The translations under genes were made by a program, and so were the position numbers. Positions 1 through 9,757 of a stretch of DNA of 40,763 bases are shown one piece after another. The stretch's first letter is position 1; every line of letters starts with the position of its first letter. The stretch comes from a virus (taxonomy: Duplodnaviria > Heunggongvirae > Uroviricota > Caudoviricetes). Location: IMG/VR virus record IMGVR_UViG_3300029156_000001, positions 128,001 to 168,763 of that record; one strand, given 5' to 3'. The notes under the pieces are model-generated. The model was not told where the DNA came from, searched no databases, and saw nothing but the letters and a program-made list of their open reading frames with translations.

Positions 1-1
1 C

Positions 2-619
2 AGCTATCAGTTTGACAGGTGGAGACGACTCGCCCGTTACTTTAGTTTTGACCACTATTTCCTAGCCAATCCGGTGACGATTGGTGAGTACAAGGTATGG
101 GGATACGACAATGTACATTACCTCCCTTATGCTTGCGACCGTGAATTACATGGAAGGCCGCTGGAGCATCCCAAAACACACGACTTGGTGCTTGTTGGCA
201 GTATCCGCGACGACCGCCGCGATCTTGCTCGCGAGCTTACTGGACATGGCCTAAAGTTAGAGCTTATCAGTGATGTTTTTCGCGAAGATTACATTGATGC
301 CCTAGCATCAGGAAAGATTGTCATCAACCAAAATCCGGACATGGGTAGGGGACTCCTGAACATGCGTTTCTTTGAAGCTCAGGCAGCGGGCACCATTGTT
401 TTTACAGAAATGGCCGACCTAGAGGTCAATATGACGGCAGGACTCATGCACATGTGCAACTTTGTGCCCTATCGTACCGTCGAAGACATTGTGACCGGCC
501 ATGCATCTGCCCAAGGGTCGAACATTCAACGAGGGCAAGAACTCGTTTTCGAACACCACACCTATCAGAATCGCTGCGAAGATATTCTCAACACGGTATT
601 TCCTTATGAAAGAGACTGA
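2..619 (+). CDS. CgeB-like (Glyco_trans_1_2) glycosyltransferase, 5'-truncated by window edge
   Basis: Frame is open from position 2 (SYQFDRWRR...). Motifs YLPYACD, LVGS, KIVIN..NMRFFEA.AAG and HTYQNR are typical of CgeB-type GT-B C-terminal domains. Confidence 0.75.
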   Translation, partial: SYQFDRWRRLARYFSFDHYFLANPVTIGEYKVWGYDNVHYLPYACDRELHGRPLEHPKTHDLVLVGSIRDDRRDLARELTGHGLKLELISDVFREDYIDALASGKIVINQNPDMGRGLLNMRFFEAQAAGTIVFTEMADLEVNMTAGLMHMCNFVPYRTVEDIVTGHASAQGSNIQRGQELVFEHHTYQNRCEDILNTVFPYERD

Positions 620-1274
620 CGACATTTCCGTACTAGTTTGCGTCCATAGTCAGGATGCACAACACGACAATCTTTTACGTGAAGCATTAGATTCTCTCGT
701 CACACAGACATATGATGATTTCGAGACAATCGTGGTGCTAGATGAATGCTGGGAGTTCACCCGTAGCCTTGTAGATAAGTATCGCCAAGTGCTTGATCTA
801 AAGGTCTTTGAACGTCCTCAAAAGCAGGGACTAGCGGCGGCCAAGAACTTTGGCATTGGCAAGTGTACTGGTCAATGGATTGCTTACCTTGATGCTGATG
901 ATCGTTACATGGATTCTAAGCTTGAAGTACAGCGTCAATGGATGTTAGATAATCCAGACATTGATTTTTGTGGTACGAATGCCTGGGATGTAATGGAAAA
1001 TGGATCAATTGTGGTGAACTGCTTTTCCGTGGCAGACTATGTTTTACACGAGGAAATCGTTGCTGCTTTGCCGCAAGAGAATGTTCTCTGCCACGGAAGT
1101 ATGATGATTCGTAGGCTGGCCCTCGTTTCTTTGAATGGCTATGACCCAAAGTCCCTTGTGCTTGGGCGAGAAGATTGGGACCTATGGCAACGTGCAGCGA
1201 ACGCTGGCTTTAGATTCATGAAGGTACCCGAGAGACTGTATTTGTATTCGTTAGGAACAGGGGTGGCAAGATGA
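606..1274 (+). CDS. Family 2 glycosyltransferase
   Basis: ISVLVCVH, SLVTQTY.DFE.IVV.D, GLAAAKN.GI, IAYLDADD, EDWDLW.R. Start taken at ATG 606 (MKETDD). Confidence 0.9.
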   Translation: MKETDDISVLVCVHSQDAQHDNLLREALDSLVTQTYDDFETIVVLDECWEFTRSLVDKYRQVLDLKVFERPQKQGLAAAKNFGIGKCTGQWIAYLDADDRYMDSKLEVQRQWMLDNPDIDFCGTNAWDVMENGSIVVNCFSVADYVLHEEIVAALPQENVLCHGSMMIRRLALVSLNGYDPKSLVLGREDWDLWQRAANAGFRFMKVPERLYLYSLGTGVAR

Positions 1275-2245
1275 GAGTTCTATACGTAGGTTTACTATAC
1301 AACTACGGCAAGTCTGACGAGGGCTTTTCGTATGAGCATTTCAACCTTGAGGCAGGCTTTAAGGACTGTGTGGAGCGTGGCCTATTTCAAGCAGATTTTC
1401 TATATCCTGATAACTGTGAGGATATAAATGCTTCTGCGATGGAGTTGGTTCTAGAAGGAAATTACGACGCCATCTTCCACGTCGCATTCAATGAAAGCCT
1501 AGACTTTCCTGCGGCGGCAGCCAAGATGGCCATGCGACGTGATATTCCTGTCATTCAATGGGACTGTGATTCGTCCTGGCGTTTTCAGCAATGGATTGCC
1601 CCCCGTAAAGATCGCGTGACTCACTTTGTTACTACGCATTCCAAGACGATGCCGTGGTATCAGAGTGGTGGAATGAACGTGATTCGTTCTCAGTGGGCAG
1701 GTTCTCCCTACTATCATCCACGCGATCACGAGAAGATCTATGACGTGACGTTTGTGGGGCAAAAACATGGACGCAGACCGGACGGTCGCTTCCTGCGTGC
1801 CGAGGCTATTGATGCCATCATGGATGCGGGTATTCAGATCGATCTCTTTGGTAACTATTGGGATGGCTATGACAACTGGCATGGCTATCTGACTAATTTT
1901 CACGACATGATTGATGTGTTTGACCAAAGCCGTATCTGTCTCAACCTATCAAACCCGTGGCACTTCGGCACCATGCCACAAATCAAGGGTCGTCACTTTG
2001 AAATTCCACAGGTCGGCAACATGCAAATTTGTACACCGGCAGACGATCTTGATAGTTACTTTGTAGACGGCAAGGAACTTGTGGTGGCCCGTAATGACGG
2101 CGACCTGATCGATAAACTACGCTATTATCTTGAGAACACAGAAGAACGTGAAGCTATCGCTCAGGCGGGCAGAGCCCGTATGCTCAAGGAGCATCAGTGG
2201 CATCATCGTCTTGAGGACATTTTTAAGGAAGTGGGTGTTCTATGA
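1271..2245 (+). CDS. CgeB-like glycosyltransferase
   Basis: W.CD..WRF, YDVTFVG, SRICLN, QIKGRHFEIP, YF.DGKE, REAIAQAG..R..KEH.W.HRL. Confidence 0.85.
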   Translation: MRVLYVGLLYNYGKSDEGFSYEHFNLEAGFKDCVERGLFQADFLYPDNCEDINASAMELVLEGNYDAIFHVAFNESLDFPAAAAKMAMRRDIPVIQWDCDSSWRFQQWIAPRKDRVTHFVTTHSKTMPWYQSGGMNVIRSQWAGSPYYHPRDHEKIYDVTFVGQKHGRRPDGRFLRAEAIDAIMDAGIQIDLFGNYWDGYDNWHGYLTNFHDMIDVFDQSRICLNLSNPWHFGTMPQIKGRHFEIPQVGNMQICTPADDLDSYFVDGKELVVARNDGDLIDKLRYYLENTEEREAIAQAGRARMLKEHQWHHRLEDIFKEVGVL

Positions 2246-2889
2246 CCAAGGGATACAATAAGTACAAGCGTACTAGCGACAATCATGATTTCATGACACA
2301 AGAGCATATCTCTGGATTCTTGCGGAACCATAGGACGGGCACAGATAACCTAGGGCGGCACGCCCTAGCGAAAATTATTGCTCAACATGATACTCCTACT
2401 GTTATCGATGCCGCATGTGGTACGTGTGTCAATTGGGAAGTCTTTAAGCAATACGGATTTCAGTGTAACTACATTGGAGTAGATAGAACGAAAGGCATGC
2501 TCACGGAGGCCGCTCGTCGGTATCCTGAAATTGAGTTAGTCCAGGGGTACGTACAAAGTCTACCGTTCAAAGATGGGGCGGCCGACGTGGTGTTGATGCG
2601 TCACATCTTAGAACATCTCGAAGAGGGCTATGAACTAGCCATTCAAGAGGGCCTCCGTGTGGCTTCAAAAGAGCTTGTGATTGTGTTCTTTCTTGATCCG
2701 TCGTATCAAGAGGAGGACAGCATGGAAGAGTCTGATCCAGACGAGAACGAATGTACATATCATTGGAATACGTATAGTTGGCTCAAGTTCACGCGATTTG
2801 TGGCTAGCCTTGGTGTTCGAATGAAGTTCGACCGCGTTGTTACCCCCGGAGCAGCACACGCCGACACGATTGTAAGACTCATCAAATGA
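2242..2889 (+). CDS. Class I SAM-dependent methyltransferase
   Basis: VIDAACGT motif I, YIGVD, LPFKDG..DVV..RHILEHL. Confidence 0.85.
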   Translation: MTKGYNKYKRTSDNHDFMTQEHISGFLRNHRTGTDNLGRHALAKIIAQHDTPTVIDAACGTCVNWEVFKQYGFQCNYIGVDRTKGMLTEAARRYPEIELVQGYVQSLPFKDGAADVVLMRHILEHLEEGYELAIQEGLRVASKELVIVFFLDPSYQEEDSMEESDPDENECTYHWNTYSWLKFTRFVASLGVRMKFDRVVTPGAAHADTIVRLIK

Positions 2890-3704
2890 TTCCCGATATC
2901 ACATACTTTATCCTAGACTACAATCCGCGTTGCGACGAGAAGGCATCGGAGTATCTGAGTGCGTGTATGGATTCGTTGTTTATTGGTCGGAATCTTTCCA
3001 TTTCGAGCGAAGTCTATGTGATTGATCAGGGTAACGGTATCTCTGACTACAGGAACAACCTTGCTAATGAAGCTGCTGGGTACGGCTTCAACTTCATTAG
3101 TTTAGATTCCAACGTTGGTATCGCTGGAGGCATCAATTTTGCGGCCCGCCTGAGCCGTAGCCCTCATCTTTGTATGGTCACCTCTGATACGACATTCACG
3201 CCTGACCTTGATACGGTCCTCCTGGGCGAGCTAGAGGCTCACTCAGATATCCATCAGATCACTCCTGCTGTGGACAGGGGCGACGTACCCTATCAGGTCC
3301 AAGGGTACACCGAGGACACTGAGCCGATCAGATGTATCTCGCAGGAGCTAACGATTCAGTGTTGGAAACGTCAGGTCTTTGACAAGATTGGCTATTGGGA
3401 TGAACGTTGGATCGCCTGTTACGAATCCCTTGACTATCCTCTACGTCTATTTCTAGCTGGGCTGTCAGCCGCCATTACCCATAAGGCCGTGTGTCATCAC
3501 GAACACAACACGACTCTTCATAACGGCTCTCTGGCTGACGCCTACGGTGGCAACTTTGATCATGGTCCGTTGCGACAACTATGGAATCAGAAGTGGCCCG
3601 GCCTCGACTGGAATATGATGTATGACCTGAATCAATACAATAAGGTCACCCGTTCGTTTCTGGCTAAACGCTATTTTCAGAACATCAAACTAAATTACTC
3701 TTGA
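2886..3704 (+). CDS. Family 2 glycosyltransferase-like protein
   Basis: YVIDQG, NVGIAGGIN, VFDKIGYWDER, DY.LR, CHHEH. The DxD position reads TSD. Confidence 0.75.
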   Translation: MIPDITYFILDYNPRCDEKASEYLSACMDSLFIGRNLSISSEVYVIDQGNGISDYRNNLANEAAGYGFNFISLDSNVGIAGGINFAARLSRSPHLCMVTSDTTFTPDLDTVLLGELEAHSDIHQITPAVDRGDVPYQVQGYTEDTEPIRCISQELTIQCWKRQVFDKIGYWDERWIACYESLDYPLRLFLAGLSAAITHKAVCHHEHNTTLHNGSLADAYGGNFDHGPLRQLWNQKWPGLDWNMMYDLNQYNKVTRSFLAKRYFQNIKLNYS

Positions 3705-3728
3705 CACATCTAGTGAAACTCGTATAAT
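3701..3728 (+). promoter_or_regulatory. Consensus sigma70-type promoter
   Basis: TTGACA (3701-3706), 16 bp spacer, TATAAT (3723-3728), in one of the few intergenic gaps, 20 nt before ATG 3749. Confidence 0.85.
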
Positions 3729-3748
3729 TGAATTGGAAGAGTTACAAC

Positions 3749-4546
3749 ATGTCTAAAGTTTGTTTCATCATTGCTCACAAGTATTACAGGGGCTACGAGT
3801 CCTATCTTAGATACTACATCGATAACATCCATAAGCTCTATCCAGGGGCACTCACGATTGTCGTAGATAACAACTCGCAGTATGTTGAAGATGTATTCGG
3901 CCCTTTGCGGGGCCGTGATAATGTGGTACTTCTGAGCAATGACATTGAAGCCAAGTTCGAGCTTGGTGCGTATCAGGTTGGCATGAGGCACATCCTCGAC
4001 AACGATCTACTAGATGAGTATACTCATTACGTCTGCACCCAAGATACGTTTGTGCTCAAGAATCATTACGACTTCAGTCAGGGCTCTTTAGCATACCCCA
4101 TTAACTCTATGTATGCAGACGGGGCATGTAAGGATGTTTGTGATAAAGTGCTGGGCACTCTAGGCATGAACGATAATTGGGATAAGGTTAACTTCTGCTG
4201 GTGCAGTAGCTTTGTCGTCTCCTCCCAAAGAGTCGAGAAGATGTATGGCTGGCTTCAACAGATCGTTCAGACGACCCGCTGGGAAAGTGAAGGTGCAGAA
4301 CGCTATCTCGCTCGACTTCTTTGGGAGTTGAATGATAGACAACCCTGCGGCGACATTGATGGTACCGCTGCCGACCTACATGTTCGTCACTATGACACAT
4401 GGCAAGTAAATATCTATGATGATGCCACCTCACACTTTGTCAAGAAGGTTCAGCAGAAGAACGAGCACACCCAAGACAAGAGTGTCCCCCAGCAGATTGT
4501 CCATGTACCTTCCCCTATCAATAAAGCAAACCACGACCGTAAGTAA
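3749..4546 (+). CDS. GT-A/GT2-like protein
   Basis: IVVDNNS, FELGAY, CTQD, ERY motifs and glycan-cluster context. Start taken at ATG 3749. Confidence 0.55.
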   Translation: MSKVCFIIAHKYYRGYESYLRYYIDNIHKLYPGALTIVVDNNSQYVEDVFGPLRGRDNVVLLSNDIEAKFELGAYQVGMRHILDNDLLDEYTHYVCTQDTFVLKNHYDFSQGSLAYPINSMYADGACKDVCDKVLGTLGMNDNWDKVNFCWCSSFVVSSQRVEKMYGWLQQIVQTTRWESEGAERYLARLLWELNDRQPCGDIDGTAADLHVRHYDTWQVNIYDDATSHFVKKVQQKNEHTQDKSVPQQIVHVPSPINKANHDRK

Positions 4547-5325
4547 TGACGTGTTTTGCAGTATGTGGGGACTCGGGAACGGGCAAGACTACGATGGCAA
4601 TGACGCTGGCTCGTCATTTGTCAGATGCGGTAGTGCTAGAGTGTGACAGATATCATAAATGGGAACGAAACGACCCTCATTGGCAAGCCTATACTCACTT
4701 GCACCCAGATGCAAACGAGCTTAGTCTTATGAACGTAGACGTATGTACGTTGAATAGCCAAAAGAGCGTCTTTCGTAGGGGTTATGATCATGCAACGGGT
4801 AGGTTTACGCCAGCACAGGAGATTAAGCCAGCGAAAAATACAGTGACATGTGGATTGCACACCCTCATGTGTGCCCATGATGTTGGCGTTTTCATGGACA
4901 CAGACGACATTCTCAAGACCCAATGGAAAATTGCCAGAGATATTGGTAAAAGGGGTTACACACTACAGCAAGTAAGAGACCAAATTAGTGGCCGCCAAGA
5001 AGACTATCGGAGATTCTTGCGGCCCCTTATGTTACGTGCAGATGTCGTGGTAAACTTCTGTACTGAAACCGACAGCTACATTGATTCCATTAAAGGCATT
5101 GGAAGATTCCTAAAGGTCTTTGTTAGAAAGACATACCAAGTCAGTGACATGTTGCGTGAGTTTGATGATCGGGGTGTCGATTACTCCTTCTTGGAAAATG
5201 GTGATAGGGAGGGGTTTTGGCAAGTAGATATCAAGCACGTAGGCGAGAGCGGCTACTATTATGATCACATTGTTTTATGTATCTTGGATGTTGCGAGGCA
5301 GAAATGCAGTACAGTGAACTCATAA
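4546..5325 (+). CDS. Phosphoribulokinase/uridine kinase family P-loop kinase
   Basis: Walker A GDSGTGKTT, D.YHKWER, YDH.TG.F, GLH, WKI.RD..KRG. Confidence 0.85.
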   Translation: MTCFAVCGDSGTGKTTMAMTLARHLSDAVVLECDRYHKWERNDPHWQAYTHLHPDANELSLMNVDVCTLNSQKSVFRRGYDHATGRFTPAQEIKPAKNTVTCGLHTLMCAHDVGVFMDTDDILKTQWKIARDIGKRGYTLQQVRDQISGRQEDYRRFLRPLMLRADVVVNFCTETDSYIDSIKGIGRFLKVFVRKTYQVSDMLREFDDRGVDYSFLENGDREGFWQVDIKHVGESGYYYDHIVLCILDVARQKCSTVNS

Positions 5326-5948
5326 AGCTGGGTCATTGTCTGTCGCCCTTTGTGGTGGGGACCGAAGGTAACGTTTCTCAAAGAACCGCCGAGGGCTTTG
5401 TTGTTACGGCCAGTGGGTCTTCGTTCACGTATCTTAGTGATGACGACATTGTGCGTTGCAATATCGACGGCGATCCCGCGACGGGAGAACATAATAAGCC
5501 AAGCATGGAAGCCAGTTTTCACGCCTGGATCTATCAGAATTCAGACTATAAGTTTGTAGCTCATACACACCCCACGAACACATTGAAGATCTTATGTACA
5601 GATTGGTGTCATTCGTTTGCCAGAGAGAAGCTCTTTCCAGATCAGGTTGTGTTCAATAGTGATGCGTGCGTGGTGCCCTACGCTTGCCCCGGCGAGAGCC
5701 TTGCTTATATCATTGACGAAACAATTAAAGAATATGGCTCGTTTCCTCGTCTGTTGCTGTTACGGAATCATGGTATCATCTGCTGTGCAAACTCAGCTAA
5801 GGAAGCATTGATCATGACAGAAATCTGCGAGAAGGCGGCAGAGGTTTTCATTGGTGCCAAAAGTATAGGATGTCCCTTGCCCTTGAGCTATGTGCAGACA
5901 CAGACAATTATGGGGCATCCAGACGAAGTATATAGGAGACAGGTTTGA
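5304..5948 (+). CDS. Class II aldolase/adducin family protein
   Basis: EGNVS.R, TASG, PSME..FH, AHTHP, LL.NHGI (Zn-binding His set). GAGG upstream of ATG 5304. Confidence 0.9.
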   Translation: MQYSELIKLGHCLSPFVVGTEGNVSQRTAEGFVVTASGSSFTYLSDDDIVRCNIDGDPATGEHNKPSMEASFHAWIYQNSDYKFVAHTHPTNTLKILCTDWCHSFAREKLFPDQVVFNSDACVVPYACPGESLAYIIDETIKEYGSFPRLLLLRNHGIICCANSAKEALIMTEICEKAAEVFIGAKSIGCPLPLSYVQTQTIMGHPDEVYRRQV

Positions 5949-6256
5949 TGGATGTTTTCGTAGACATTGACGAGACGATCTGCTTTTATGAAGAGGAGAT
6001 TGCTCTTGATGGCAAAAAGAACTACGCCAAAGCGAAGCCAGATTATGCGAACATCGCTAAGATCAATGCTATGTTTGATGCTGGGCACATCATTACCTAT
6101 TGGACTGCCAGAGGTAGCAGAAGCGGCATCAACTGGAGTGAGTTTACACATCAGCAACTTCAATCATGGGGAGCCAGATATAATCACCTACGTTGCGACA
6201 AGCCCTATTTCGATATGTTTGTAGAAGATAGGTCAGTGAGAATCGAGGAGCTATAA
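5945..6256 (+). CDS. Small HAD-superfamily (capsule-type) phosphatase
   Basis: VDIDETI motif I, WTARG, KP..D.FVED. Confidence 0.85.
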   Translation: MMDVFVDIDETICFYEEEIALDGKKNYAKAKPDYANIAKINAMFDAGHIITYWTARGSRSGINWSEFTHQQLQSWGARYNHLRCDKPYFDMFVEDRSVRIEEL

Positions 6257-6894
6257 TGAGTTACGATAATACACACCTATCACACAGAGACGCCATTCTC
6301 AAAGAGTACGGCGATTTCTTACAGGGGAAGGCGTTCTTTGAGTTTGGAGTATTTCACGGTACGTCTATGGCCATGTGGCATGGACTATATCAAGCCAATA
6401 GTCTACCAACCAACTTCTATGGCTTTGATTCTTTCCAGGGACTACCGCCCGAGAACGAAGACGAGAACAGTTTTTGGGACGTAGGAGATTTTAGTACACG
6501 GGGAGAGGTGTCATCTTTCTTCAAGAACAACGGCATCACCATTGTCCCTGGTTTCTTCGAAGACTCCCTGACTGACGAGCTAGCAGAGTCCTTAGAGGGC
6601 ACCGAGATTGGCCTTGTACATATTGATTGCGACACTTACTCGTCAACCGTCACAGTTTGGGAATGGCTTTTGAAGCATGGTTTGCTGGCGAAGGGTGCTA
6701 TCGTAGTATATGACGATTGGGGAGCGTACCTAGAGGCGGGGTGTGACGAGTATGATGTTGGCGAAGCGAAAGCACATAAGTTCATCGAGAAGACACACGG
6801 AATCAATTTCACTGACCTGGGCGGGTACGTTGTGGATCCTGCGTTCTATGTAATCAAGGTATTTAGGTATGAAGATCATTTCACACAGAGGTAA
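6256..6894 (+). CDS. TylF/MycF-family sugar O-methyltransferase
   Basis: EFGV..G.S, GFDSF.GLP, GFF.DSL, VHIDCDTY.ST, IVVYDDW. Confidence 0.88.
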   Translation: MSYDNTHLSHRDAILKEYGDFLQGKAFFEFGVFHGTSMAMWHGLYQANSLPTNFYGFDSFQGLPPENEDENSFWDVGDFSTRGEVSSFFKNNGITIVPGFFEDSLTDELAESLEGTEIGLVHIDCDTYSSTVTVWEWLLKHGLLAKGAIVVYDDWGAYLEAGCDEYDVGEAKAHKFIEKTHGINFTDLGGYVVDPAFYVIKVFRYEDHFTQR

Positions 6895-7312
6895 TATCAA
6901 TGGCCCCTTGCCCGACCAAGAGAACGAGCCGTCGTACATCGATGAGGCCATTGCTTTGGGTTTTGATGTAGAAGTTGATGTCAGGGTGATAGATGGCAAG
7001 ATTTACCTTGGTCATGATGATCCTGACCATGAAGTAGATTTAGATTGGTTACTTCACAGAAGGGAGAGTCTTTGGGTACATTGTAAGAATTTAGAGGCGG
7101 CATATTGCCTTGATATTAATTTGCGATGCTTTTGTAGTATAAGTGATCCTTTTTGTTTCATGTCACGGGGTTATTTGTGGCTGAATGACGTAGAAGTTGA
7201 ACCGAAGAATAATTGTATTGTGCCATTACTGAATGCTGACGACATCAAACGATACAAATTTATGGGTAAACCCTGTGGTGTGTGTACCGATTACCCAATG
7301 GAGATCCAATAA
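6869..7312 (+). CDS. Glycerophosphodiester phosphodiesterase/PI-PLC-like protein
   Basis: ISHRGN, EN, DVEVDV, LGHD, WVHCKN, GVCTDY. Confidence 0.8.
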   Translation: MKIISHRGNINGPLPDQENEPSYIDEAIALGFDVEVDVRVIDGKIYLGHDDPDHEVDLDWLLHRRESLWVHCKNLEAAYCLDINLRCFCSISDPFCFMSRGYLWLNDVEVEPKNNCIVPLLNADDIKRYKFMGKPCGVCTDYPMEIQ

Positions 7313-8844
7313 TGGTTCAATTGATTGTACCGATGGCTGGCAATAGTGCATTTTTCACGGACGCTGGCCCTAGATGGCTAATTGACATCGATGGCAAACC
7401 CATGATCCAACATGTCGTTGATCAATTTCCTGGGGTGACGGACGTACTGTTTATTTGCAATAGAGAAGAGTTGCAAAATCCAGACGTGATGAATGTATTA
7501 GAGTCGTTAGGTGGCAAAGTGGTTGGAGTATCCCCAAACACTCGTGGCCCCGTGGACACCATTCTACAAGCAAAAGAATACATTTCAGACGAAGAAGAGA
7601 TTGTCGTAAGCTACTGTGATCATGGAATGGTTTGGAACTTTCGCTCCTTCTTAGAAGAGGTAAGGCGTGGAGACTTTGATGGTGCTATGACTTGCTACAA
7701 TGATTTCCAGCCACATATGTTAGGGACAACTGGGCTGTACACTTTTTGTCTAGAGCATAATCGCAGACTGCTGGAGGTACAAGACAAGGAGCCTTTTACG
7801 GAACAGAGAAGTTCTCAGTTTGTTTCAAGCGACGTTTTCTACTTCCGAAGTGGTAGCATGCTCAAAAGGTACTTTGAGAGAGCCATTCACCATCCAGACT
7901 TGAGTCATGGCGGGAACTACTTTATTGCTTTGGTATACAATCTATTGGTAGCAGACCGCTTGGACGTTCATATCCATAAGATTAACAAGATGTTGCTGTG
8001 GGCCACACCGGAGGATCTAGCGGTTTACAAACAGTGGTCAAGATATTTCGCCCAGAGGCAAAAGACAGATAGGGCACCAGAACAAGACTTCACCCTGGTC
8101 CTTCCTATGTCCGGTAAGGGTACAAGGTTTGCCAAAGAGGGGTACGAGTTGCCGAAACCACTACTTCCTATTGACGGTAAGCCGATGGTTGTTCAGGTTG
8201 CGGGGTGTTTGCCAAGACACACAGACGACATCTTTGTTTGTTTAAAGGAACATTCTATTGATGCTACGCTTCGAGATCATTTTCCTAACTCTACGGTGCG
8301 GGTTATAGATGATGTTACAGAGGGCTATGCTGCCTCGTGTGCATTAGGTATTGATCTCATTGATGAGGATAGCCCCATCATGATTTCCCCCTGTGACAAT
8401 GGCGTTTCGTACGATGAGCAAGCGTTTCTGGATATGGTTGCCGACGAAGATAACGACGTGATCGTTTGGTCTTTTAGAAACAGTCAGGCGAGCAAGATCA
8501 ATCCAGCGATGTATACTTGGATGGATGTTGATGAGGATAATTTTTTGTGTGATATGCTTTATAAGCAAGTGCCCAATGGAGACCCTCTAAAGATTCATGT
8601 CAGTGTTGGTATCATGTATTTCAGGAAGGCCAAGTACCTACTGGAAGGTCTCAGAAAGAACCGTGAACAAAACCGAAGGCCAATTGGCGAGCTTTGCATA
8701 GACAGTGTTGCACACCAGCTTGCAGACAGTGGTTATAATGTTAAGGTGTTTGAAGTAGACCATTATGCTTGCTGGGGAACGCCCAACGACTATCGTACAT
8801 ACAACTATTGGAGTGACTACTTTGCTCAAAATCGTAGAGATTAA
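7312..8844 (+). CDS. Tandem two-domain sugar nucleotidyltransferase (NTP_transferase-like)
   Basis: Domain 1: IVPMAG..., IDGKPMI, YCD, WATPEDL. Domain 2: LPMSGKGTRF..GY.LPKPL, IDGKPMV, PCD, WGTPND. Confidence 0.85.
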   Translation: MVQLIVPMAGNSAFFTDAGPRWLIDIDGKPMIQHVVDQFPGVTDVLFICNREELQNPDVMNVLESLGGKVVGVSPNTRGPVDTILQAKEYISDEEEIVVSYCDHGMVWNFRSFLEEVRRGDFDGAMTCYNDFQPHMLGTTGLYTFCLEHNRRLLEVQDKEPFTEQRSSQFVSSDVFYFRSGSMLKRYFERAIHHPDLSHGGNYFIALVYNLLVADRLDVHIHKINKMLLWATPEDLAVYKQWSRYFAQRQKTDRAPEQDFTLVLPMSGKGTRFAKEGYELPKPLLPIDGKPMVVQVAGCLPRHTDDIFVCLKEHSIDATLRDHFPNSTVRVIDDVTEGYAASCALGIDLIDEDSPIMISPCDNGVSYDEQAFLDMVADEDNDVIVWSFRNSQASKINPAMYTWMDVDEDNFLCDMLYKQVPNGDPLKIHVSVGIMYFRKAKYLLEGLRKNREQNRRPIGELCIDSVAHQLADSGYNVKVFEVDHYACWGTPNDYRTYNYWSDYFAQNRRD

Positions 8845-9757
8845 CGACTCTCGGATCTGTCACGAGACGCCAAGTGTTTGGACTAGTGAGTATCATAACT
8901 ACTGTGTACGCTTATTGACCCAGGCGTTAGAGCGTGTGCAGAGTCCAGTCAATGTTATATTTGGCCCTGTGGATCCAATCTTTGCCAGAAGTATTTTCAA
9001 GAACGACAACAGAATTATTCGTGGAGACATTCAGTCAGAACATACTCTAGTAAAGATGGGTGGTAGGTCAGTTGATGAAGTTGTATGGGGTGACACCGAT
9101 CTTCTTTTTGAAGAGGGGAAGTATCTCATCCGGGTTCCTGACTATGATTACTACGCCGGTCTTGATTTTACTATCGAGTACAGCATGCCGAACATCGTTA
9201 ACATGGGAACCAACAGTAGATTTGATGACTATCTAAAGAAAGCTACCTATATTGCTCCAGTGATTTATGATGCTCCAGACTTTTCACCCTACTCCATGAC
9301 ACCTAAAGTTGCTACTGTTACGATGGGCAACACCAGTGAAAGACGTTCTGAATTTCAAACACTAGCAAGTGAAGGGGGCCTAGACATTAAGAATATCACC
9401 GGCCTCATTGATCAAGAGCAATTGAGACGCATATATGGTAGTATTCGTACTATGGTTAATGTACATCAGACAGATCATCATCACACCCTTGAGGAGTTGA
9501 GAATTCTGCCTGCTCTTGTAAATGGCGTGATCATTGTGTCTGAGTACGTACCGCTGAGACACACGGTTCCTTACGCTGACTCTATCTTATGGTCTACTTA
9601 TGGTGGCCTAGCTGATACAGTAAAGAGCGTGCAAGAGCACTATGACGAATACTACGAGAAGATCTTTACTGGCAAGCTGAAAGATACAATTCGACAACTT
9701 CACGAGGACAATCTTATGAACATGACAAAGGTGATATCGGTGGAGTTGTATAAGTAG
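8822..9757 (+). CDS. Glycosyltransferase-like protein (GT-B C-terminal motifs)
   Basis: EYS..NI, VNVHQT..H.TLEELRI.PAL.NGVI.VSE. Start uncertain, TTG 8822 lies 8 nt after GGAG. Confidence 0.6.
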   Translation: MLKIVEINDSRICHETPSVWTSEYHNYCVRLLTQALERVQSPVNVIFGPVDPIFARSIFKNDNRIIRGDIQSEHTLVKMGGRSVDEVVWGDTDLLFEEGKYLIRVPDYDYYAGLDFTIEYSMPNIVNMGTNSRFDDYLKKATYIAPVIYDAPDFSPYSMTPKVATVTMGNTSERRSEFQTLASEGGLDIKNITGLIDQEQLRRIYGSIRTMVNVHQTDHHHTLEELRILPALVNGVIIVSEYVPLRHTVPYADSILWSTYGGLADTVKSVQEHYDEYYEKIFTGKLKDTIRQLHEDNLMNMTKVISVELYK

